Below, piece by piece: positions 36,701-48,100 of a DNA stretch of 64,000 nucleotides (positions are counted from its first letter, which is position 1; each line of letters starts with the position of its first letter). The stretch comes from Yuukianura sp. NJ FZ-2021 (lineage: Eukaryota), in assembly GCA_046563655.1 (NCBI GenBank), contig CM102286.1, positions 6,944,001 through 7,008,000 of the forward strand. Direction: 5' to 3'. The translations under genes and the position numbers were made by a program. The notes below the pieces were generated by a model. That model was not told where the DNA came from, did not search any database, and saw only the letters and a program-made list of their open reading frames with translations.

Positions 36701-39700
36701 TTGCGTGTAATAGTAAATTTCTAAAGTTAAAACTAGTTTACAACATGCTCGAGATGTGTCTGAATTGAATTATGTAATTTGGGATTTTAATGAAAGTTAA
36801 GGCTGAAAAGAATTTAAGCCCGTAGGATCTTTTGAGAAAACTTTTTTGAGGACATAACGCAAATTTTGAACCATTCATTCTAAAAAGTGGATTTCCTTTT
36901 CTACAAGCCCACATTGTCATTCCAACCTAAAAAGAAGTGGATGATTAGAAAGGAAAATGCGCTCTTCCAGATTTTAAGTTTTAATAACGAAAAAACTTTG
37001 AACTTCCCCTCCAAAGTCTCGTCAGAAACTAAGGAAGGAGGAGGCTGGAAAGATAATTAGGAAGCGTATTTCACTGAATTTGACGCTCAACTTAAAATTA
37101 ATTTCATCATCTTTATTCTTAACATCCTCCAAATTCAAAGAAAAGTTCGGAGTTCCTGCCCTAACTTAAAACCAAGGTTTTTCAAATGAACTCTGCACAT
37201 TCAACGACACGGATTAGAATGAAGCCATTTTTGAACCCATTTCCAAGACTACTCTTAGAACAGACGACTTTTTTAGAAAGGGAATTTGAAAAGGTCAACT
37301 CAAATCAAGACAAAGTTCAAATGTTTTTGATTTGACTTTCACGCCAGAATTCCCTCCGTTTTGGATTTAAACTCCAATCACCATCACCCTGTTACGTTGA
37401 CTTGCTCTATTCTTCCAGAAGAGCTTCTTCTCGACTTGTGATTCTGAATGTTAGCATTCCCTGCACGTAATAGCAGTTTGGGATTCATTGATTTTGTACT
37501 ACTTTCTTTTGTATGTGTGTACTTTTTTGGCATTGTTCAGTAAGTTAAGTTTGAGTTTTGGATTTGCGCGCCGCTCTTTGACTTTGGACTGTGTGAAACA
37601 TTCCGAGAGTTTGAGTCTCGAATCCCCATGGATTTTCTCCCTACAAGAGATGAAGTACCCAGGAGACGCTGACGCTGATTTGAACCATCGGCACGGAAGA
37701 AGAGACTTGAATTATTAAATCGCATTACAAATCTAATCCAAATCTTTCCTTCATTTTCGGAACTTTCATCCTAATAAATGACGGAAGCGCGGGAAAGAAC
37801 TCATTTTGAAAAGGAAGTGTTCGCGCGCTCCACAGCATTACGTTAGGATTAAAACGTTTTTCTTCTAATTGAATCTGAGAGAACCTTTGGTTGTGTTTGT
37901 TCTTTCCAGTGTGTGACTGGACGTACGAGAACTGCTGGGGCCATGAGTGCCTCCTTGCTTCTCCAGGATTTCCAGGTTTGTTTCCACCACATCGACGGTG
38001 CCGCTATTTCTTATCTGGCAACGCAACCACAGACAGAATCCGGATACAGTTTCATTCAGTCAATTTCCCGCCACCGCCGTAAGATCATTTTCTTTCTTTC
38101 AAAATCTCCCTCCTCGCACGCGTTCTCTCCCCAACCACAAAAGTTTAACTGAAACAATGGAAATGTGCAGGGGAATTCAAAGAAATCTGATTTCCATGTG
38201 AAAGCAGCAAATCAGCATTTTGTGCTTTTGACTTGCCTAACGATATCATTTCTTTTGCCTTTGTAGACTGTGCTCAACGCATCACGTAGCAATTTGGAAA
38301 CGAAATGCTTCAAATTTCAACGCCGTTGGCCCGCCTCTCAAAACTTTTTGTCAAGAGACGGAGACGAGCTTTGAAGTTGAAGAGGGCCAAGCTCTTGTAG
38401 AATTCAGATCAGGACCACCTACTTTCCCCTACATTTACAACGGATTCAGAGCCACTGTACAGTTTCTAAGTAGAGAAAATGGGCGATCCGGAAGTAATTA
38501 CAACTTCCCATCGCCAAACCCACCACCTTCAGCCAAAGTCTTCCAAGTAGGAGTTCCAACTACCCCGCCCCCACTTCACTCCTTCTTTCCAGCCATGTCA
38601 GTTCCAGCTCACCATCCAGACCAAGACGAAACAGTGGAAGAACCAATGGGAAACGAGCGGTCGTCTCACGGTAAAAACAAGTTGCAAGCGTTTGGCGTTT
38701 TTTTTCAATCATATCTTTGAAAAGTGTCAAAAATATATTGTTAAGAAGCATCACGTTTCAAAATGTCTTCCAGAAAATTACGCTTGGGTTTGTTTTCGGG
38801 AATCTGTGAAATTGAAATACTTGAACGAAATATTTTTACTTAGGTTTATGGACATGATTGTGCTTGTTAGTGAAGGATTTGACTTAACTTTGACCTTTGC
38901 CCTGTAGAATCCGAAGGCGTCAGTCCCATTACCTGTGGTCACATTTTCCCCGGAGACCAAACGCGTGGAACCGTGTTCCGCCTCATTATTCCAAAGGACA
39001 TGACCTCACATCCAGTTGGTGGCCTCAGAGCCTTCGGAACGTACTTGACTCCACCGAAGAAGCAGCCACCACCAGGACCATTCAAATGCCAAATTGAATT
39101 TCGTGGACGACCAGCAGACATTGTCCAATTTGCTGTCTTTACGTACAAATTTCGGTAAGTGAATTTATCCATCGATCGAAACATCTACTCAATTTTTCTT
39201 CCTTTACCTAAACATTGGGCTACGTCATGAAAATAAGATAAAGCCTAGACAGAATTCAATTCAACAAATTTTGGTTACTTTCGTCATTTTTCAATTTTAT
39301 AAAACAATCATACAAGGTTTGGCGGAAATTTGCTTGTGATTGAACATTATTTAGCCAATTTAGTTCCAGTCAAAGGATCCCCTAATAAAGTTTTCCTCCA
39401 ATTTATCACAGTCCAATGCTATTTGATGGCTTACGGCTCTAAACCAATGAGGACATTAAACAAGGTTGGATGCGTCGACAAAATCGAGCATCCAGGGTGT
39501 AATTTGATCACCATCCGCCCGCTCACTGTTCATTTGATATAATTTGACACCTAATTGCAGCGGGTCAAATTGCTCTACTGTTATGGAGGTGTACGACATG
39601 GATGCAGAAAGGAAGAATCAGTCGGATCGACTCCTCGGAAAACTCTGTGGCCCTTCGCGTAATGAAGTGAAGAGATTCACGTCTTCACACAGCAAAATGG

Positions 39701-42700
39701 CTCTGGTGACGCTGCTATTTCCCCACGATGAACCATTAGGCACGGAGTTCCTCGAGGGAGCTTTCCGCTTCCATGACGGTAACACAAAATTCATTTTCCA
39801 TTGTCTTCGGTTAGCTCAACCTTTCTATTGTCTTACCCACTTTCTTCATTGTCTCCTGAAATGAGGTTTGACGAGGCTGGAGGGCAGCCAGCCAAGGTGA
39901 AAGTGCAGACCCGTGTTTTCTTTTTTTTCACTTTCAATCACTCCAGATCCAATTTTCGAAAATAGGCATAAGAGATAGGCTGTCTCGGAGCCAGAATCAA
40001 AGCAATATACCTGCAGTAGACACAAAATTTTAGTAGAGAAGCGTGCGACGATGAGAATTGAGCCCCGCCCCCACATAATTGCGCCTTCTGTGACTTAATT
40101 CCTCATTAAGACTTTTGTTGAAGTGCTTATTAGAACTTTTGAGGCGGAATGAAGCCACAATGGGTTCTCGAGACCTTCTGTGGCAGAATACTTAAATAGC
40201 CCTTGTGCAAGATCTTTAATTCTCACGCTATAAATCCTTGTCAAGGAGAAATCGAAAAAGGAGTTTATTTTAAATGAGCTCCATTAGCCTAACTTCTGCT
40301 GCAGTGGTGCTTCTTCTACGTGACGACCAATGGAGAGACATATAAGATTCACCTGATTAAAATACAAACTAGATCTTTCCTGAATTGTCGTTTTAAAAAA
40401 TGCATGCAATTGTGGAAAGAGAGTAAAACATAAAAAAACACCTAAAAATGAAAACAAAAATTTTATAGGCTTTTTGCTGTTAAAGTTTTTTTTTTGTTAG
40501 AATTTTATTTTTATTAATTCTATCTCCAAGCAAAACCAACTTGAGTAATCCGTGTTTCCGGATCTGAAATTAGAAAAAATGAAAGCGTAGTCGACTTGGT
40601 TCGTTTCACTCGCGCGCGTTGCTTTCTCTTGCTATTTTGATGAAATGACAAAAACAAACGGAAAACATAGCTGAAGTTCGAGGTAGAGAAAAAATGGCAA
40701 GATAAGCAACTTTCTTTATTTCAATTTGAGTAAGGGAAAGTGACAGGAAATATTATTACGGATGGTGCGTTACATTTCTCAGCGTTACAATTCCCTCGAC
40801 AGAGCCAAATTGGATTTCGTAATGCAACTGAGTTCTTTTCCCAAATTCCCAAAATTCTTCTCTATTTCTGACTGCTGCCAGAAATTTAGGTAAGGAATTG
40901 CAACGGAATGGACTCATTTCCGGTTTTAGACGTTCCTTACATGCAAGGGTTTTCAATTATCAGGAACACTATTTGAGGAACGTATAGACTATATCTTCAG
41001 TCCTGAATTTTACATGGCGCTATAGTACCAGTTTGGAAAAGCTTATTGGATTATGTTTAATGTTCTAATGTAATTGCTTCTCCACTTGTCAAAGTGAACT
41101 GAGTAGTGATTAAAAGTGTTCCAAGAAAAGAGAAAGCGAAATAACATTAGTTTTCACCTGGAGGGAAGTCATTTCTGTGAAGTAAAAGTAAGCTTTAGGT
41201 TAGGTGCAGGAAAGATCAGAAAGCACTTGGAAGTGGGGCGGGAAAAAGAAATGTGAAAGCGTCAACACTCATCTCTTTAATCGGTTTTTCTACGCCATTT
41301 CCAAGATTGGTTTCTTTGTAATTTTGAAATGCCGTGAAGCCCTCCAGAGTTTCGCACTGAGGATTTACAACTCGAACAAAATGAATTGGTCGTTCCAATT
41401 TTTTCCAAATCCCATTAACTCACTCCTGATTTGGAAATCCATTTTGTTGCTTCATCAATTTTGATCATTAAAAACCAAAAAAGTCGATTTAAATTTATAC
41501 TTTTGCCTACTCCTTTTTCAACAACTTTTTTACTTAAGTTAGTACATTAAAAAACTTTCACCTTAACTTTCTTTCTATTATTTTTCAGAATCTCTGGAGG
41601 GTACAGTAAAGCCACCGTCGGACTGTGAAGTCGTGTACTACGGTGTAACCAGTACACCCAGCGGAGCCATTACTGGTCCACCCGACTCACCACTTCTGCG
41701 CCTGTCCACCTACCCTCTAGTCTGTGCTCATTCGTTTGTTCCTGGACCAAATCAAAGCATCTCTCTCACGCTCAATCGAGCGGGTCATGAGACACTGTCC
41801 ATTGCCCTGCCAAACTCCATGAAATACTGCAGAAGCATTTGCGGATCGTCGGGATGTCGATGTGAAGCCAAGTACACGCCGCTTCACCAAATTGATCACA
41901 TTTTGCTTGTCGCTGGCTCAATTCCCATCGGTTGTCTTTGTGGCTACTTTCGGGTAAGGGATCTCCTTTGTTATGCCCTCAGAGCATTAAAGGCTTTTGA
42001 AAACGAGAAGATTTTATTACAATTTCTGAATAATCTGTAGGATATTCTGCCAATGGCATTTGAAGCCCATACTCCACTAACCCTAGTTTATCATGCCACT
42101 CAAAATAGCCGGGAGTTTACCTACACCGTTGGATTTCAATTCAAGAATAAAACGACGTGTGCTAACTTCACCATTGAGCCTCCCAGTTGTAAGTTACCAT
42201 GGAATACATAGAGAGTTTCCACTTTGATGTTGCCAGGCAAAAAGGCTTTTCAAAATTGAAATCACTACAAAAGTCTCTTTGCACAGCTTCCAGACGCTGG
42301 AAAGACATTTTGGGATCAGGTACAGTTCCAAGCCGAGATCCGCAGTACTACACCTACTTCCAATGTGCTTGGCAAATTTCAATTCCATCACGTTATAAAC
42401 TCACGCTCGACTTCATTTCAGAAGAAGACGGTAAGTTTAAGCCGTTATGATCCATAAATGCCGGTTCTACAGACTCAACTTTTCTACTTACTACACTCCA
42501 CAAAGCTCCTCTTTCCAAATCCTTTTACGTTTCCCTATTACCGTTTCTAGCGTTTACTATTATGCCTTTTATGAATTTCAGAAGAAGACTGCAGAACTTG
42601 GAACTTGACGCTTTGGGCTGATAATCACTCTCGACATCAAGCCAACAGAGAGCCATTGTTTTCCTTTTGCCCAAAGCAAGGACGTAGTGAAGTACAAATT

Positions 42701-43021
42701 CCAGACTCCGTCCAGAATGCCTACATTAGGTTATCATCAACAAACACTTCAAGGACTTAGGAAAACTTTTAGTTTTATGATCTTATTTTAGTAAACTAAA
42801 GTGTTCTCTGATAACTTTTTAGGCTAACTGGCGTCACCCCGAGACCTCCCCAGTTTGAAGTTCGGTGGAAGTACTTTGATGTCGTCCTAGGTTCTGGTCT
42901 GGTAGTGGAGAAGACGGTGGCCAATGGAGGTCATGTCGTATGGCTTAGAATGAAAACCAGTGATATTCCATCTGTACCTTTTCTGTTCACTTTAGCAATT
43001 TTGTATTTATCCACCCCGTAA
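21719..43021 (+). CDS. Large multi-exon secreted or membrane-anchored CUB-domain protein with an N-terminal Cys-rich module
   Basis: Exons joined in frame: 21719-21887 (signal peptide), 23520-23678 (GCGC..CACC..CLC..CAQCG), 28510-28699 (CNTS..ICFWRFESAPGQRIEVQI), 35022-35165, 36061-36173 and 37910-~38078 (SPGFPGLFPPHRRCRY). Further CUB-like exons lie at 38.3-42.7 kb. The last exon 42823-43021 has a hydrophobic C-terminus. Some internal boundaries are approximate. Confidence 0.75.
31547..33184 (-). CDS. Multi-pass membrane protein with a C-terminal GT-A glycosyltransferase domain (GT54/MGAT4-like); nested antisense in the CUB gene intron
   Basis: 545-codon ORF with several hydrophobic helices, then R..NPRYLSVVLESF, WIMIHEDDFELC (EDD) and LIFRHIGFISSF. 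It probably contains an 87-nt in-frame intron at 33071-33157, giving ~516 aa. Confidence 0.75.
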   Translation of the reverse strand: MAGLNSIPTVRLYLRSLEMIITTPKLKKLNLIFFFFLQTKLFLTLIFFSTSSFFLHKVLDIRQCYSPLETVRRFHFLSLLTAPFVTPSLKSLVLHVLSLLSLRLYFSKFNVPINHNLLSFLAQAYASSVILSLTCSSILFYSSFETKSLWISHFFNDCSSGLFHVILPVVVFLLSRKRYSVDLYLIACIVLELLTVALNPENCIALILSLVSATAVILFKKKRKPSKRDAENNLTNFDSGDPTPVNSGKATTRLCTFLIGAICATILVRHLSLVRLRTQALANEGSISLTIVVHTINRKNNPRYLSVVLESFLEQFPEPEQQKNWHIYPISFDSGEIVFQGLQKMMDQNNVSKHYITFVSQDEAPKMTNSSFIQNDTFKLRSHVAASLKYASHKSSNTTWIMIHEDDFELCANQWPWLVHYLNDINQENSVYCGFFVATGGAGIVIRPDIVSSVIDALLDPKLSEPADIIMQNCLRGRYADHCLKCAQGKGKLLISSHLIFRHIGFISSFSSHKYKAEEQRWSCGWRHPFNGDPDVDIVHTDTFS

Positions 43022-43793
43022 TGGAATTTATAAAACTAAGAATTTTGATAGTTGTGAATCTCGATCCAAACACTCCACCAACCACTGCTCAATAATAATA
43101 AAGATACTTCAGCCCTTGTTGTTGTTGACCTCAACACTAATAGTGACGCAAGGATTTATGATTTTTCACCGAATGTATATTTTCCGTTTTTTCACCATTG
43201 CGCAAACGCAATTGCGTGAACTCCGGCACGTTCCATTCGAACCAAAACGTTTTTTTTTACGGAAAACGATTGGGAATTACTTAAAACGCCATAAAAGGTG
43301 AAACTGAGGGAAAAATTGCTATTTTTTGAGAGTTTGACAAAAAGTTTGCCATCTCTCGTGACTGGTCACACTTTGCACAACTAACTGTTGCGACAAAAAG
43401 TAGTATAATTACCAATCAATGCACATTTTACGATATCTCAATATTGCGGAAACGTATTGCCGGGAAATACGGCACGTTCATAATTCTAAGATTGCGTAAG
43501 TTTGAAAGAATTCATTGCGATTACGATTAGATACAGACATATGGGCGATGACTATGACCGATACAGTGCATAATGTTGTTGATGATGGTGGCTTATTCAC
43601 AGCGCAGATTAGTTAAGAACAAAGGTGAAAAAGCGTAACCGCGTGATAAGATAGTCACCAAATCAGGACGACATGCCTGAGATAGACTTTTATGTTTCAC
43701 ACCTTCTGCTAATGATTTGTTTAGGTAATTCCAATGTTAAAGACCCGTTAAATTTTTAACTTGGCCGTACTTTGTGGAGTTAAAACTGAAACA

Positions 43794-44591
43794 ATGGACG
43801 TTCAGGACCAAATCTACCTAATTTCGGGAGTTACCGGAGGCGTGTACTTGGTTCTTCTGATCCTCGTTATTGTGCTGTTCGTTAAATTTTCAAAGTAAGT
43901 AAAATTGGAGAAAATCGTATACTTTCATAATTTTTTTTTTGAATGTGCCTATTTTGCAACACAGGTTGCGTAAACAGATTCAAGAGCTTGGACAAAACTC
44001 CATCGCTGCTGCATTTGATGATGGTGATCTGCTGGAGAAACGCGGATACAGCGAGTACACTACTGCAAATGCCGTAAATTTAACTCAAAGTCGATTTGAA
44101 GCTCGAAGTCGTCCCAGCTCAATTGGTCAAGCAGGAGGAGGTATATCAAGGTTAGCAAAAAATTTTAAGGAAAGTCCACACTTTAATTTAAAAAAATTGA
44201 GTACGCGTACCATTAACATAAGAGAATTACAATTAAGCCGGCAATTTAAGTATTAAAATCTATTTCAACCATTTTCTTATTCAGGCAACACTCAACTGCC
44301 GGTGGCGGCGGGTATGGTGGCAGCCAATACCAATCACAACCTACATCTCCGGTGGGAAAAGCTCCTTACCAGAATCCGGCAGCGGCTTATAGTGCAGCAT
44401 CTAGTGCGAATTTGTACTCGAAATCATACGACAATCCTGCTTTTGAAAGAGAACAACCTCAACCTCAGCGACAATCTCATCGTGAACGCGACATGAGCAG
44501 TGCTGGAGGCGTACGAGTGCTGCCATCTAGTACGGGTATGGAACATCAGTCAAGACGCAACAAAGACTACGACAACAGTGGCTATTACTAG
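43794..44591 (+). CDS. Small single-pass membrane protein with a low-complexity cytoplasmic tail (exons 43794-43894, 43965-44150, 44285-44591)
   Basis: MDVQDQIYLISGVTGGVYLVLLILVIVLFVKFSK TM segment; in-frame GT-AG introns; tail contains YDNPAF and GVRVLP and ends DNSGYY*. Confidence 0.75.
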
Positions 44592-45144
44592 TGCAAAAAT
44601 TTTGCCTCCTATCTAGAAGTTGCAAATTGCAAAAGAAATAAGTTTTCACAATTTTGTCATCCATAAAAAATAGTAGAAACATAATCACAAAATTATTGTG
44701 AATTTATGGTAACTATACGATTGAACACTTACGTTACCTGATGTTTTAGCAGTATTGTAATTTGAATGTTCTTGAATTGTAGTTAGTGCAGTAACTATTG
44801 TATAATTGACATTCATTAAAATTCATTAGTTTGCGTCATTCTTCATTTTTACTAAGATTATTCTAACGACCAGTCGAATATGTTTATTTATACATTGAAG
44901 TCAAAGTCAAGAACAGATCTGAACAGAACACTCGTGTCAAAGAAAAGCTGTCAGTTGATACGAAATCGGCAACTGAATAGGATTATTTCCAAACCATATT
45001 TTTCATTTATAGTCAACGAACATTGTACTTAAATCCCTCACAGTTCAAATTCGGAATCCACGGTGTAAAGAGCCTCAGTGATTTTTAAACTTTCCAACTC
45101 ACAACGCCCAGAAATTTAAAATTCTCGTTTTACAAAAATCAAAA

Positions 45145-48100
45145 ATGATTACGAAATCGTCTCCTCTTGTATTCTTCGTCAATGGAACAAAGATAAGTTA
45201 AATTTAAACTTTTCAAGATTCTTAGATTTCGAAGTCATTAACAGAAGAAGAAGCCGTTCGTTCTTATCATGATCTTATTTGGAAAGATATTTTTTTTTAG
45301 AATTTTATAAAGTCTTTTGTTTTACTGTTTCGAGCTATGTATATATTTTATCTCCAGTTGGCTTTGCAACTTTTTTCACGTTCTGGTTCAAAATGCTATG
45401 GTTTCGTAACTTCGAGAGGAATTACGCAAGCACAAAATGTGCAATAGCGATATTTCCAAAGGAAAAAAACCTTGAAGACTACGCAACAGACTTGGCATAA
45501 ATCTGAATTTAAACCCACTTTGAAGGACACTTGCGCAGATACACACATTGGCCAATTAATAAGCTCATTTCATTTATAGATTGTCGATCATGAAGTGGAT
45601 CCGGAATGGACGTTACTCACTTACTTAAGACTCAAATGTAAGACGCAATCTCCAGGATTTGTTAATACATGAAGTAGTTTAATATTTTAACTTTTTTCAT
45701 TCGTAGTAAAGCTTACTGGAACAAAATTAGGATGCGGAGAAGGTGGCTGCGGCGCATGTACACTCATGGTGTCCAGAATTGACAGAAAAACCAACAAAAT
45801 TATGTACGAATGATTATAAATAGGAAAGCAACGACATTATCAAATATAAAATATTAGTTTTAGTAGCTATTTATGAATTTGTCATTTTTCCAGTCATAAT
45901 GCACTTAACGCATGTCTTACTCCTGTGTGTGCCGTACATGGTGCTGCAGTCACTACTGTCGAAGGTATTGGCAGCATTCAGAGGGGATTGCACCCTGTCC
46001 AAGTATGTTTCGATAATTCATGTCTGAAAATGTTGATGAATATGAGAAATGAGAAATTCACTTTTCCTGGTTTAATTTAGGAGAGAATGGCAAAAAGCCA
46101 TGGGTCACAGTGCGGGTTCTGTACTCCAGGAATTGTGATGTCAATGTACACGCTACTGCGTAAGGAAACTGTTCCCAGCATGGAAGACGTGGAAGTTGCG
46201 TTTCAGGGAAATCTGTGCCGTTGTACTGGCTACCGTCCAATTCTGGAGGGATACAAGACACTTACATCTGACGGAATGGGCCAATCAAATGGCGTCGATG
46301 GTTGTTGCGGCAAAATGACAAACGGCACCGGAGGTGGATGTTGCGGCAAAATGGCCAATGGCGGATGTTGTCAACAAAATGGTGATGTGGAGGAGCCACA
46401 ACACGTCGATCTTTTTGATTCGTCCAAGTTCAAGCCATTTGACCCAACACAGGAACCGATTTTCCCGCCAGAGCTCCAAGTAAGTCAAACCATAAAAATA
46501 ATTTTACCTGTGTTAATTTCTTGTTTCGCGGTTTTCAAAATACTTTACTATTATTTGTAGTTGAGTAGCGAGTACGATGATACAAGCATCGCTTTTGTTG
46601 GAAAACGAGTCACTTGGTACCGACCAACCACAATGGAAGAATTACTCGAACTCAAGGCTGCTTATCCAAGCGCAAAAATTGTTGTCGGAAATACTGAAAT
46701 TGGTAAGCTAGCAACCAATACCTAATGTTTCAATGCCAGTTTTTTAAAAGACGACTAACCTCTTGATGTTTTTCTAATTCTGATAGGTGTCGAAGTGAAA
46801 TTCAAGAACATGCACTATCCAGTTATAATTCAACCAAACAAGGTCACTGAACTCAACGAAATCAAAGAAGAAGAAACTGGAATTCGAGTCGGAGCGGCTG
46901 TGTCACTGGATGACCTTGACAATTTCTTTGCATCAAAAATTAAAACTGAACCTTCCTACAAAACGAGGGTTTTTGCTGCTACCACGGAAATGTTACGCTG
47001 GTTTGCTGGAAAGCAGATTCGGAGTGCTGCTTGTCTCGGCGGAAACATTGCCACTGGCAGTCCAATTTCCGATATGAATCCAATTTTGATGGCTTGCAAC
47101 GCTGAACTTGTTCTCAAGAGCAAAGGTGATTTAACTATAAACGTAGAAAATACTCGGCATTTGGAAAATTAACGTTTCATTTCATAGATGGCGGTCGTAG
47201 GGTTGTGTACATGGATCACACGTTTTTCACTGGCTACAGGCGAAATGTTTTGAAACCCGACGAAGTTCTGGAGTCGATTCTGATACCATACACATCAAAG
47301 GTCAGTTCTAAAAAAAAGTATATTGCAAATTACAGCAAAGTCACAGAAAAGCCGGAATTTGCTACTGAGGTGCTCTACGTTATTGGATTTACAAAATTCT
47401 CGGTGAGCTGGTGGTGGTATATAACGACGATTTTTGTTTCAGAATGAATACTTTTGGGGATTCAAGCAAGCAAAACGCCGAGATGATGACATTGCAATCG
47501 TCACGGCAGGAATGTATGTCAAATTCCAGGAAAATTCAAACATAGTGGAGAATGTTGCGCTGTCCTTCGGAGGCATGGCTCCCGTTACAGTCCTTGCACG
47601 AAAAACAGCCGCAGCGCTGATTGGAAAGCGATGGGAAGAAGGCATTGTGGAAGAAGCCTGCAGGCACTTGATTGATGATCTGCCACTTGGACCGGGAGCT
47701 CCGGGAGGAATGATTCAATTCAGAAGCTCATTGACATTGAGGTAACAATTTCAAAAATATACCCTCATTTCTACAACTTTTTAATTTTATTAAAAATTGA
47801 TTCATGGTTTATTGTAATTTCAGCTTCTTCTTCAAGTTCTACTTGATTGTGACAAACGAAATGAACAAACAAGAGAGTGCTAGATTGGGCAAAAATTTCG
47901 AAGGCCTTGATGCAGTGCCAGAAAACTACCAAAGTGTGACAAAGCTTTATCATCGTGACATTCCCAGAAGCACCCAGTTGTACCAAATCGTTCCTGAAGG
48001 TCAACCTGACTATGATTTAGTTGGAAAGCCAATTGTGCACATGTCTGGAATGAAACAAGCAACAGGAGAGGCTATTTACGTTGATGACATGCCCAGATTC

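Noticed and set aside
43198..43478. Diverged ~35-bp direct repeat ending CGGCACGTTC
   Set aside because: Too short and degenerate to define an element; no TIR or TSD identified.
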